A DNA stretch of 64,000 bases from Bryobacterales bacterium. Its GTDB lineage: Bacteria > Acidobacteriota > Terriglobia > Bryobacterales > UBA6623. Below are positions 54,913-64,000 of this stretch, in pieces; within the stretch, counting starts at the first letter, position 1, and the number at the start of each line of letters is the position of its first letter. The stretch is taken from positions 800,001 through 864,000 of the forward strand of contig OY729427.2 of the NCBI GenBank assembly GCA_963422375.2, in the 5' to 3' direction. Below the pieces are notes generated by a model. It did not search any database. It was not told the origin of the DNA and was given only the letters and a program-made list of their open reading frames with translations. Both the position numbers and the translations under genes were made by a program.

Positions 54913-56154
54913 ATGGTCACGCTCAAGCCAATCCCGCACGCTCTCGTGCCCGTCGGATCCGACGCGGCGCAGGCGCTCTCCAGCCCGAATTACGACGAGT
55001 TCCAAAGCGACCGCGAGATCGCCGATCTCATCCGGCGCCAGCCCGACAGCGTCCTGCGCATCACGATGCCGCACGCCTCGGCCGCCCGGGCGGACTCCGG
55101 GCCGGCCGAGGGCTCGCCCGCTGCCCTGGAGGCGGCGCACGCCCGCATGGCCGAGCTGCGCCTGAGCCCGCTGACCCGGGAGGTCGCCGACGCCATGTTC
55201 CTGTACGAGATCGCCGACCCGGGCCGGCCCGGCACCAGGCAACTCGGCCTCGGCGGGCTGGCCCCGGCCAAGGACATACTCACCGACGAGGCGCCCGGGG
55301 GCACCATCGTCAGGAATGAGGGAGTGCGGCCGAAGAAGGCGCGCGGGCGCGCTGACCTGATCCGCGCGACGAACGCGATCATCGGCACGGTCAACAACGC
55401 CGTCGAAGACGCCGACGGCCGCTTCGCCGCCGCGCTGGCGGCTCGGGCGGACCGCCGCGCACCGGACTTCGTCGCCAGCGCGGACGACGGGTGCAGGCAC
55501 CGCATCTGGCTGCTGCCTGAGAGCCGGGAACGCCGCGGCCTGGCCGCAGAGGTCGGCCGCGAGAGATTCGCGTACGTCGCGGACGGCAATCACCGCAGCG
55601 CCGCGGCCGCGATGGTGGGGCTGGACGGCTTCCTAGCGGTGGTGTTCCCTGCCGCCTCCATGGGCCTGGCACCCTACAACCGACTGGTCAGGGCGGACTC
55701 AGGTTCCGCGGACTGGTGGCGGTCCGCTCTGTCAGCTGCGTTCGAGGTGAGCCCCGCACCTGGGTCCGCGGCGTACCAGCCGACCGAGACCCACTCGATC
55801 GGGCTGTACTCCCAAGGCGCGTGGCTGCGCCTCCGCCCTAGGGCCGGGTCGTTCGACGCGGCCGACGCGGCGGCCTCGATCGACGCGGCGATCGTGCAGC
55901 GCCGGATCTTCGAAGGGGTCTGCGGCATCGCCGACGCGCGCGACGAGCGCCTGACGTTCGTGGGCGGCAACCGCGACGCCGCCTACCTCCGATCGCGGGT
56001 CGACTCGGGCGAGTTCGGCTTCGCGGTCACGCTGTCGCCGGTGACGATGCGACAGTTCATCGAAGTGTGCCGACAGAGGCGCATGATGCCGCCCAAATCG
56101 ACCTGGTTCTCGCCGAAAATCCGCAGCGGGCTCGTCATGGCGCTGCTGGACTGA
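54913..56154 (+). CDS. DUF1015 family protein
   Basis: SPNYD, YVADGNHRSAAA, YNRLV, MPPKSTWFSPKIRSGL. Confidence 0.88.
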   Translation: MVTLKPIPHALVPVGSDAAQALSSPNYDEFQSDREIADLIRRQPDSVLRITMPHASAARADSGPAEGSPAALEAAHARMAELRLSPLTREVADAMFLYEIADPGRPGTRQLGLGGLAPAKDILTDEAPGGTIVRNEGVRPKKARGRADLIRATNAIIGTVNNAVEDADGRFAAALAARADRRAPDFVASADDGCRHRIWLLPESRERRGLAAEVGRERFAYVADGNHRSAAAAMVGLDGFLAVVFPAASMGLAPYNRLVRADSGSADWWRSALSAAFEVSPAPGSAAYQPTETHSIGLYSQGAWLRLRPRAGSFDAADAAASIDAAIVQRRIFEGVCGIADARDERLTFVGGNRDAAYLRSRVDSGEFGFAVTLSPVTMRQFIEVCRQRRMMPPKSTWFSPKIRSGLVMALLD

Positions 56155-56202
56155 CCGGGCAGACACGGGCTCCGGCCTGTGGCAGAATACCAGAACCGCG
56201 CC

Positions 56203-57837
56203 ATGAATCGCACCGCCTCGCTCCTCCTGCTGCTCGCACTCGCGTGGGCAGCCCCGGGCGCCAATAGGCCCGACCGCGTCGAGTGGTTCCGCGACCTCGG
56301 GCTCGGGCTATTCATCCACTGGAGCCTCGACAGCCAGCTCACGTCGGTGATCAGCCATTCGATGGTCGGCGCCGACGAGGCCTACCTAAGGCGCTACGTG
56401 GAGGAGCTCCCGCGCAGCTTCAACCCGCAGCAGTTCGACCCGCGGGAATGGGCCCGCGCGGCGAGGCTGGCCGGCTTCCGCTACGTGGTCTTCACGGCGA
56501 AGCACCATTCCGGATTCTGCATGTTCGCGACGTCGACGACCGACTTCAGCATCATGCACACCCCGTTCGCCCGGGACATCGCCAAGGAAATCGCCGACGC
56601 GTTCCGGGCGGAGGGCATCGCCGTGGGGTGGTACTTCTCGCCCGACGACTTCCATTTCCTGTACCGGCAAGGCACGCTGATCAGCCGCTTGCGACCCGAA
56701 GCGCTGCCTCCGAACAACTCGGGCCTGCTGCAGCTGAACCTCGCCCAAGAGCGGGAGCTGATGACGAATTACGGCCCCATCGACGTGGTGTTCTTCGACC
56801 CGCCGACCAACGCCGCGCTGCCGCGCGACGAAATCGTCGACCGGATGAAGCGGCTGATCTGGGAGATCTCTCCCGATACCGTGGTGACGCGAGGCGAGAT
56901 CGAGACTCCCGAGCAGTACACGCCCGGCGTACCGCTGGAAGGGGCCTGGGAAGGCAACATGACGATGGGCACCCAATGGCAGTACCGCGGCACGAACGAG
57001 CACTACAAGTCGGGCGGCGAGCTGATCGGCGCGTGGATCGAGACCCGCGCGAAAGGCGGGAATTTTCTGCTCAACATAGGGCCGAAGCCGAACGGAGAGC
57101 TTCCCGTCGAGCAGGACGCGCGGATGCGGGAGATGGCTCTCTGGCACATGGTGAACGCAGAGGCCGTGGGCGCGGTGCGGCCGTGGGTCATCACCAACGA
57201 GGGCGACATCTGGTTCACCAAGGCGAGGGTGGAGAACACGGTCTACGCCTTCGTGCCGGGCGCCGGATGGACCTGGGGCACGCAGAAGACGATCGTGCTG
57301 CAGTCCGTCACGGCGGGCGAGGGCACCGCGATCTCCGTTCTGGGCCAGAACGACAAGGTCCTCGAATATCGCACCGAGATCAGGCCCGAGACCGAATGGG
57401 AGCAGACCGCGGACGGGCTGCAGATCCGGGCCTACCGGGCCCAGCGACTGTACAACGACCGGCAGTGGCCGAATCCGGTCGTGCTCCGCATCGCGAACGC
57501 CTCGCCCGGTCTGAAGCCGCCGGTGGTCGAGACTCTTGCCGGCACCGAGTGGGGCCCTAAGGGCGCGCTGCTCGAAGGCGAGCTCCGGGAGACCGGGGAC
57601 GCCTCGTCCGTTCGGGTGGGATTCGAGTACCGGCGCAGGAAGGGCACCGCCGAGATGTACGAGCCCGACGACCCGTGGAAGCCCGTCGGACAGAGGCTGT
57701 CGTCGATGTCCGCCCCCGGGCGGTTCTCCGCGCTGCTGGGGCGGGCGGACCCGCGCCGTGCGTGGGAATACCGGGCCGTAGCGGAGCACCCGAAGGTCCG
57801 GCTGCACGGCCAAGCCCTGACCTTGGGTCCGAAATAG
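56203..57837 (+). CDS. Alpha-L-fucosidase (GH29), secreted
   Basis: WFRD..LGLFIHW, FNPQQFDPREW, TAKHHSGF, GGNFLLNIGP. Confidence 0.9.
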   Translation: MNRTASLLLLLALAWAAPGANRPDRVEWFRDLGLGLFIHWSLDSQLTSVISHSMVGADEAYLRRYVEELPRSFNPQQFDPREWARAARLAGFRYVVFTAKHHSGFCMFATSTTDFSIMHTPFARDIAKEIADAFRAEGIAVGWYFSPDDFHFLYRQGTLISRLRPEALPPNNSGLLQLNLAQERELMTNYGPIDVVFFDPPTNAALPRDEIVDRMKRLIWEISPDTVVTRGEIETPEQYTPGVPLEGAWEGNMTMGTQWQYRGTNEHYKSGGELIGAWIETRAKGGNFLLNIGPKPNGELPVEQDARMREMALWHMVNAEAVGAVRPWVITNEGDIWFTKARVENTVYAFVPGAGWTWGTQKTIVLQSVTAGEGTAISVLGQNDKVLEYRTEIRPETEWEQTADGLQIRAYRAQRLYNDRQWPNPVVLRIANASPGLKPPVVETLAGTEWGPKGALLEGELRETGDASSVRVGFEYRRRKGTAEMYEPDDPWKPVGQRLSSMSAPGRFSALLGRADPRRAWEYRAVAEHPKVRLHGQALTLGPK

Positions 57838-59460
57838 ATGCACGTCGAGCGGTCCGCGGGCGAAGCCGAGCGCCTGACGGCGCTGCAGCGAGCCCTGTTC
57901 CTCGCGGTTTGCGCCCAGGCGCTGCTCGGAGCTGCCGTGCTCGAGCTACCGGTAGGAGTGACCGCCGCCGGGAGTCCGATTCACGCGCTCGTCGAGGAGG
58001 GGGCCCTCGAACCCAGCGACCCGGGCCCCAGCGTGCTGCTAGTTGCGGGTCTGGACGGCAGAGACGAGTCCGTGGATCTCGCGGCAGCCCTCCTGCGGCC
58101 TCCTTCCGAACGGGGCTATCGCCTCTCCGCAGTGCTGAACGCGTTTCCGGACCGCGGGCCAGCTGCGGCCTTCCCGCCGCCGGGAGCGGCCTATAGCGGA
58201 GACGCCGTCGAGTCCCAGTACGTGTGGCGGTTCATCGGCATGCTCGCCCCGGACCTAGTCGTGGATCTGCGCACGGACGACGCCCCCAGCCGCCTCGAAC
58301 GCGCCCTGAGGGGCGGCGCCACGCCGGCCGGCACGGGGCGAATCCTCGCCGCGACGCTGCGCCTCGCGGGCCGGGACAAGAGCTTGGACCAGCTCCGGGC
58401 GGAGGCGTCCGCCCGACTAAGGACCTTGGCGACCGACCTGCCCGTGTCGCACGCCCGGCGCGAACTCCGCGCCCGCATCGAGCGCACCCCGATCAAGACG
58501 GCCGCCGCGCTCGAGCAGGCCTACGGGCACGCCCTCGACAGCGCCACCTACATCCCGGCGCTCGCGCTGGTCGGGCGGCTCCGCCTCGGCGACCTCACAG
58601 GGGAGAGCCGCCTGGCGGACGTCGAGCGGATCGTCCGCCCCTTTCTCGAAGGGAAGCCGTCGCTCGGGCCGCGCCCGTCCGGCAGCCACGTTTCCGGGCA
58701 CTTGCTGTTCGCCGAGCTGTACGAGCGCACCCGCACGCCCGAGTACCTAGGCCTCGCGCTATCCGCCGCGAGCCTCGGGTTCGACCGGGACGGCTCGCCG
58801 AAGCCCTCCATGCCGTTTCACAACGAGATGAGCGACTCGGTCTTCATGGGATGCGCGATCCTGGCACGAGCGGGCAGATTGACCGGTGAGCGCCGGTACT
58901 TCGGCATGGCGCTGCGGCACCTGCGTTTCATGCAGGTACTGGACCTGCGACCGGACGGCCTGTACCGGCACTCGCCCCTAGACCCGGCGGCGTGGGGCAG
59001 GGGGAACGGTTTCCCCGCTCTTGGACTGGCCCTCGCGCTGAGCGACTGGCCAGCCGAGCATCCGGGTTTCGCGGAGGTCAGGAACTCCTACGCGCGGCAC
59101 ATGCGGGCTTTGGCCCGCCACCAAGACCCAACCGGCGCGTGGCACCAAGTCGTCGACCGGCCGGAGAGCTATCGCGAGCTGACGGCTACCGCGATGATCG
59201 GCTTCGCGATCCTGCGCGGATTGCGGAAAGGATGGCTGCCACTCGAGGAATTCGAATCGGTCGCGGACCGGGCATGGCGGGCCGTGCAGGCCCGCGTCAA
59301 GTCCGACGCGACGCTGGTCGATGTATGCAGGAGCACGGGACGGCAAGACTCCCTGCGGGCCTACTTCGATCGCGAGGCCATCCTAGGACGGGACGACCGC
59401 GGCGGAGCGATGGCCCTGCTCGTTGCCACCGAACGGGCGCACTGGCTGCGCGAGCGCTAG
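57838..59460 (+). CDS. GH88/GH105 unsaturated glycosyl hydrolase with an extra N-terminal domain
   Basis: MSDSVFM, DGLYRH, WGRGNGF, QDPTGAWHQV, ELTATAM; starts directly after the fucosidase stop (TAG-ATG). Confidence 0.85.
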   Translation: MHVERSAGEAERLTALQRALFLAVCAQALLGAAVLELPVGVTAAGSPIHALVEEGALEPSDPGPSVLLVAGLDGRDESVDLAAALLRPPSERGYRLSAVLNAFPDRGPAAAFPPPGAAYSGDAVESQYVWRFIGMLAPDLVVDLRTDDAPSRLERALRGGATPAGTGRILAATLRLAGRDKSLDQLRAEASARLRTLATDLPVSHARRELRARIERTPIKTAAALEQAYGHALDSATYIPALALVGRLRLGDLTGESRLADVERIVRPFLEGKPSLGPRPSGSHVSGHLLFAELYERTRTPEYLGLALSAASLGFDRDGSPKPSMPFHNEMSDSVFMGCAILARAGRLTGERRYFGMALRHLRFMQVLDLRPDGLYRHSPLDPAAWGRGNGFPALGLALALSDWPAEHPGFAEVRNSYARHMRALARHQDPTGAWHQVVDRPESYRELTATAMIGFAILRGLRKGWLPLEEFESVADRAWRAVQARVKSDATLVDVCRSTGRQDSLRAYFDREAILGRDDRGGAMALLVATERAHWLRER

Positions 59461-59463
59461 GCC

Positions 59464-59526
59464 CGCCCCGCCCGCATCCCCTAGCGAAGCGACCGGTCCA
59501 GTCGAGCCAAGGATGCGGGCGGGGCG
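59464..59526. repeat. Perfect 16-bp inverted repeat just after the GH88 stop (possible terminator or 3' stabiliser)
   Basis: CGCCCCGCCCGCATCC (59464-59479) / GGATGCGGGCGGGGCG (59511-59526); no U-tract. Confidence 0.6.
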
Positions 59527-60230
59527 ATCAAGCCGATCGAATCGAACGGCCTAGAGTCTCATCCCAGAGCCCCGGCGCTCCGAACTGCGCTCGCTAGGCT
59601 AGGCCCGCCCGCGCGTCCGACCGGCGGAATCGCACGGCTCCGCGTGGCGAGAACCTCCGGTCGACCAGGTGCCTGGGCCGCCGACCGTTGCCGGTGGGGA
59701 TTGCAATCGCCCAAGAAGCAGCTCGACACCGTCGGCACCCGGGCCGGCCTAGGAGACTTCCGCGGCACCTCTAGGAGGCTCAAGCATAGCGGCACCAAGC
59801 CGACCAGCATCTGAAGGCATTGCGAAGCCTCTTCCAACACGGCATGGCAAGGGAAGGAGGCCCGAGGCCTCCGCTCACAGCGCCGCGAGTGTTACCCGGA
59901 CAAGCGCACCTCGGTAACGCGAATGCACCTGCGTGCTACGATGTACCAGCGAGATCGACGGCTCCCGCGGCCGCGCTCTAGACTGGTCGCGGAGGAGCGA
60001 GGTTCGCTGCTCCTGATCCGACGTGCCGTGCGACGGGGCCTCGGAGGCGCGGTTCCTTCTCTCGCGGAAGCGAATCACTCGACCGATGTGAGAGGCGTGC
60101 ATTTCGAAGCTCCCACTTGCGAATTGCACTCTCGTGGGTACGCGACAAAGGCAGGACCTCGGACGTGAACCTCGGCGGCGAATCCAGACCCGCTGCGAGC
60201 GATAGCGACGGTCGACCGGGCTCGGGCACC

Positions 60231-61217
60231 GTGATTCCGGAATCGGCCTGCGACCTGTGCGGGGCTCGCGAAGCGGATCTGGTCGCCTCGGTCGACCGGG
60301 ACGGGTGTCCGCTTCGGTCTGTTATCTGTCGCAGATGCGGGTTGGTCTGGACCGATCCTGTTCCGGATGAGGAGGTCCTGCGGGAGTTCTACGAAGGCAC
60401 CTACCGCTGGGAGTACAAGGGCGTGAACAAGCCAACGCCAAGGCATATATACCGGGGCGGGCTGCTGGCAGCGGAACGCATCCGGCATATCCGCGAACTC
60501 GCGGAACCGGGATCAGTGATCGTCGACGTAGGGTCGGGGTGCGGCGAATTCGTCTACTTGCTTCGCCAGCTCGGCTTCGACGCACAGGGAGTTCAGCCAC
60601 CGGACGGGTACGCACGCTACTCCCGTGAAGAACTGGGGATTCCGGTACATATAGGATTCGCCAGGGATATCGGCCTGCCTCAATCATCTTGTCAGGTAGT
60701 GACACTATTCCACTCTCTGGAGCACATGAGCTTCCCTCCTCGCGTCTTGGAACACGTAAGGGATTGGTTGCGGCCACGGGGCTGGCTAGTAGTGGAGGTT
60801 CCTAATATCGAGGCTGTCTGCCATGCGCCGAGCCATCGCTTTCACAGGGCCCATCTCTTCGGATTCAACGTGGCCACGTTGCGGAGAATCGGCGAGAGGG
60901 CGGGATTCGAGGTTGACTCCGAGCACGAATCTGCGAGTGGGGAAAACATCTCCGTGATCTTTCGAAGGTCGGATGCCAACCGGTTACTGGCAGGGACGAT
61001 CCCCGGCAACTGCGAGAGAATCAAGCGGACAATTCGGGACCATACGCCGCTCCGTCACTACACCAGCATTCACCCGTACGTTCGGCCGCTCGCGAGGCTC
61101 GTTCGGACTACAAGGGAAAGGTCCGCAGTCAAGGCTATCGGCGGTGCGGGCAAGGACTTGCTCGACGCAATCCGCACTAGGAAACTGCAGAGTAGGCATC
61201 CGGCCTGCAGTCCGTAG
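60231..61217 (+). CDS. Class I SAM-dependent methyltransferase with N-terminal Zn-binding CxxC pairs; start uncertain
   Basis: CDLC...CRRCGL, VDVGSGCG, FHSLEH, LRPRGWLVVEVPN. Confidence 0.85.
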   Translation: MIPESACDLCGAREADLVASVDRDGCPLRSVICRRCGLVWTDPVPDEEVLREFYEGTYRWEYKGVNKPTPRHIYRGGLLAAERIRHIRELAEPGSVIVDVGSGCGEFVYLLRQLGFDAQGVQPPDGYARYSREELGIPVHIGFARDIGLPQSSCQVVTLFHSLEHMSFPPRVLEHVRDWLRPRGWLVVEVPNIEAVCHAPSHRFHRAHLFGFNVATLRRIGERAGFEVDSEHESASGENISVIFRRSDANRLLAGTIPGNCERIKRTIRDHTPLRHYTSIHPYVRPLARLVRTTRERSAVKAIGGAGKDLLDAIRTRKLQSRHPACSP

Positions 61218-61335
61218 ACGAACTCCAGGGACAAGGGGCCGTTCACGGATTCCGCACTGCCGGCTCGAGTACGGACGCGAAGGGGCTCGGCCCATGGGAA
61301 TCCAGCCGCCGGGGCCGAGCCGTCCCTCCGGAGGC

Positions 61336-62349
61336 TCACCCAACCGAGGCGGGCGCCCCGCCCGCAAGCCGCGACCGGTTCATCGCCAGTGCCATGCGCA
61401 CGGACTCGGCCGAATCCTCGGGACGGCAGGCCGCGGGCGCCTCGCCGGACGCGCAGGCGTCCACGAACGCCTGGAGTTCCCCTGCGAATCCGTCGCCGTC
61501 CGGCAGCCCGACCTCGACCATCTCCCCGGACGCGGCGTGAAGCCGCAGCCCGGGCTTATCGGACCTGTAGTCGAGGGTCCCGCCGTCGCACAGAATGGTG
61601 AATTCCATCGAAAACGGGAAGCTCGCCGGGTGGTGCCAGCCTCCCGAGATCACTACGGGCACTCCGTCCCCGTAGTCCAGCAGCGCCTCGACGAAGTCGA
61701 TCCCTACATCGGGATCCTGCACGCCGACGGCGCGAATCTCGCTGGGCCGACCGAAGAGCTGCTGGCAGTAGTCGAAGTCGTGGATCAGCAGGTCGAACGC
61801 CCCTCCGCCGCTGCGACGGGGATCTTTGAGCCACCGGCCCCAAGCCGGGGCGGCGCAGCGGCGGCGGAACGTGGCGGCACGGACGTTGCCGAGCCGACCC
61901 GACCGAATCTCGGAGCGGGCCTGCACGTACTCGGGGAAGAACCGCAGGACTTGGGCAACCATCAGGACCCTGCCGACATCCCGGGCAGCGCTGACCATCT
62001 CGTCGCATTCCGCGCCGCTCAGAGCCATCGGCTTCTCGACGAGAACGTGCTTGCCGGCCGCCAGCGCGCGCAGGGCGAGCGGCTTGTGCAGGTCGGTCGG
62101 CGTGCAAATGTCGACGGCGTCGACGGCGCGGTCGTCGATCAGGTCCTCGGCTCGGGTGTAGCGCTGAGCAGCGCCGAAGTCCACCACGCCCCCGCCCCGG
62201 TCTAGGTTCCCGCCGACATCGCTCAGGTCGCCAGCCAGTTTCCTCGGACTCGAGCTCGACACGGCCGCCAGTTCGAAGCCGCTGACGTTCCGGTATGCCT
62301 CCAGGTGCGTGCTGCCCATGAAGCCGAGGCCGATCAGTCCGATTCGCAT
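61336..62349 (-). CDS. Gfo/Idh/MocA oxidoreductase
   Basis: IGLGFMG, CTPTDLH, GKHVLVEKPMA, DLLIHDFD. Confidence 0.93.
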   Translation of the reverse strand: MRIGLIGLGFMGSTHLEAYRNVSGFELAAVSSSSPRKLAGDLSDVGGNLDRGGGVVDFGAAQRYTRAEDLIDDRAVDAVDICTPTDLHKPLALRALAAGKHVLVEKPMALSGAECDEMVSAARDVGRVLMVAQVLRFFPEYVQARSEIRSGRLGNVRAATFRRRCAAPAWGRWLKDPRRSGGGAFDLLIHDFDYCQQLFGRPSEIRAVGVQDPDVGIDFVEALLDYGDGVPVVISGGWHHPASFPFSMEFTILCDGGTLDYRSDKPGLRLHAASGEMVEVGLPDGDGFAGELQAFVDACASGEAPAACRPEDSAESVRMALAMNRSRLAGGAPASVG

Positions 62350-62414
62350 CGCGCCAGTCCTTGCCTTACTCTACTCCGGGCTGGGACCGCCCCCCGAGGC
62401 GCGGTTCGCTCCCC

Positions 62415-63365
62415 TCAGCGACGACTCCAAACGAACGAGGGAAAGGATGCAACGGCCCGGAACCCGCAGCGTTCGTAGAACCTAACGGCCGCGGAATTCG
62501 ACGACGTAACGACCAAGGAGACACAGTCGCAGCCGGCATCGGCGAGGGCGCTCATCGACCGTCGCAGCAACTCACGGCCAATTCCGCGCCTTCGATCCGG
62601 AGGCGCGACGCAAAGGTGGATGACATGGCCGACGCGCGCGCTCAGGAGTGTGGCGAGGCACATCCCGACGAGCGCGTCCTCGTCCGGCACAGAAGCCACG
62701 AACCCGGCCGCAGGAAGGAATTCGCCGCAGGAGGACTCGCGGATGATCTCAACCAAGCAGCGCCGCGGACCGAGAGCGCTTCCCAGCCGCTCTTCGATCT
62801 CGGCGTCCACATGCCCTCGGAAGCTGGATCCGACTAGATCCGAGGCGGGCTGCATGAAGGAGTCCGACCACCGAGAGAAGCGCACCGGATGGAATTCCGT
62901 GCCTCCCGGACTCAGATCGCGCAGGCCGCTCGCATGCATCAGCACCCTGGGGAAGACCTTCAGCCTCCCTCTGCGGTCGGCCCTGACGCTCGGGAACCGG
63001 TCCAAGCAAGGCAAGTGGCCCTCCACCCGCTCGACTTCTTGACCAGAGCAGGCCGAGTTCAGCGTGCCTTCAACGAGACCTCGCAGCACGCGCCTCGGGT
63101 TTCCGGGTGCGACGAACAGATCGCCGACGACGGCCCTGCGGCCCTCCGCGGCGAAGCGGCTGTATCCTACGGCGCGGCCGAAGCGGACCGCCGCGAGACC
63201 GGTCAGCGCGCCCCGGTCCAACATGCGACGAACCGACTCGAGTCCCGGCCGACAGTCCCAACTGAAGCGCTCCTGCCAGAATTTCGCCTGGTTGGCCAAG
63301 AGGCCTTCCAAGTCGCGACTGCGGAGCGCTCTGATGTCGACGAAGCTCGTGTTCGACCAATGCAC
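62415..63365 (-). CDS. Tandem GNAT N-acetyltransferase; start uncertain
   Basis: HLCVAPPDRRRGIGRELL...VTSSNSAAVRFYERCGF plus an N-terminal GNAT-like half. Confidence 0.8.
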   Translation of the reverse strand: MHWSNTSFVDIRALRSRDLEGLLANQAKFWQERFSWDCRPGLESVRRMLDRGALTGLAAVRFGRAVGYSRFAAEGRRAVVGDLFVAPGNPRRVLRGLVEGTLNSACSGQEVERVEGHLPCLDRFPSVRADRRGRLKVFPRVLMHASGLRDLSPGGTEFHPVRFSRWSDSFMQPASDLVGSSFRGHVDAEIEERLGSALGPRRCLVEIIRESSCGEFLPAAGFVASVPDEDALVGMCLATLLSARVGHVIHLCVAPPDRRRGIGRELLRRSMSALADAGCDCVSLVVTSSNSAAVRFYERCGFRAVASFPSFVWSRR

Positions 63366-63569
63366 GACGCGTCGGGGCCTGTGCGATGTCCACAGCTTAA
63401 CGCATTCAAGCGCTGCCCGCACGGGCGGGACAGCCGGTTCTGGCCGGCAAGGCAGATCCGGGGGCCCGGCGCCGCACGCAGCTCGCGCATACGCGCAGCG
63501 CTTGAATCGGCTCCGAGCGCCAACTGCGCTGCGCCTCCCCGCAGAAAGCAGAAGTTCGCAACCTAGGAG

Positions 63570-64000
63570 AAGACCGATCCCAACGTCACAAATCATTCTC
63601 TCGATTAATTCAATCGAATGACAAGATTCCATCTAATCTAGTTCGAATCCCATACAATCAATCGCCAAGTCAATTGAGATCAAATTCAAGAATCCTGCAT
63701 ATCTATCGATGGACCATCAGGTACTCCATTCTTAGACCTCATGTATCCATCCAGTTCTTCCCCAGCGTTCTCAATGTTTCTCTGCAGGATCGACATCGCA
63801 TACCCTCCGCTCAGGAAGAGAAATGTATCGTTGGCATATTGCCGATCAAGATTGTTGCGGAAAGGGAGCTTGATAAATATACGCTCCCAAGAGCTCGCGG
63901 ACTCATGTAGACGACCCGTGTATCTTCCTGCGTCGCTTCCATCGGCCTGTGCCTTGAGAATCTTGCAATATTTCCGGATTGAGCAGGAATTCAATGCTCC
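63570..64000. other. Low-GC segment at the window edge, unassigned (minus-strand ORF ends at 63686)
   Basis: Abrupt compositional shift; no recognisable family. Confidence 0.35.

Overview
High-GC bacterial chromosomal window. Gene order and protein style (sucC-sucD-ndk, mqnA-mqnC, a short pilin, a TonB-dependent receptor, TPR and multiheme proteins, sulfatases) suggest an Acidobacteriota/Bryobacterales-like organism; this is inference. Most of the window is housekeeping and catabolic genes: dapA, cstA, glyA, pccB, ndk, sucCD, trpD, infA, sixA, ilvD, thrC, mqnA/C, two sulfatases, GH29 and GH88/105. These are interrupted by many decaying mobile elements: two TnpB copies, two IS1595, an IS4-DUF4338 element, an ISNCY with nested IS630 and ISAzo13-like debris, and a 261-bp MITE-like insertion. 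There is also a lower-GC islet with a broken Schlafen/AlbA_2-HATPase gene and a Walker-A-degenerate ParA-like gene. I found no rRNA, tRNA or CRISPR array. The main observations are: (i) unselected DNA appears to decay mostly by A:T->G:C transitions, so dead elements keep open frames; (ii) a RuvC-mutant but fully open TnpB lies directly upstream of trpD; (iii) precise TIR/TSD-defined and nested insertions; (iv) repeated leaderless-type promoters; (v) an 11-bp-period operator-like array; (vi) a TPR-octaheme gene coupled to a sulfatase. No complete novel system can be proven from the sequence alone. All family assignments are by motif recognition, not database search.
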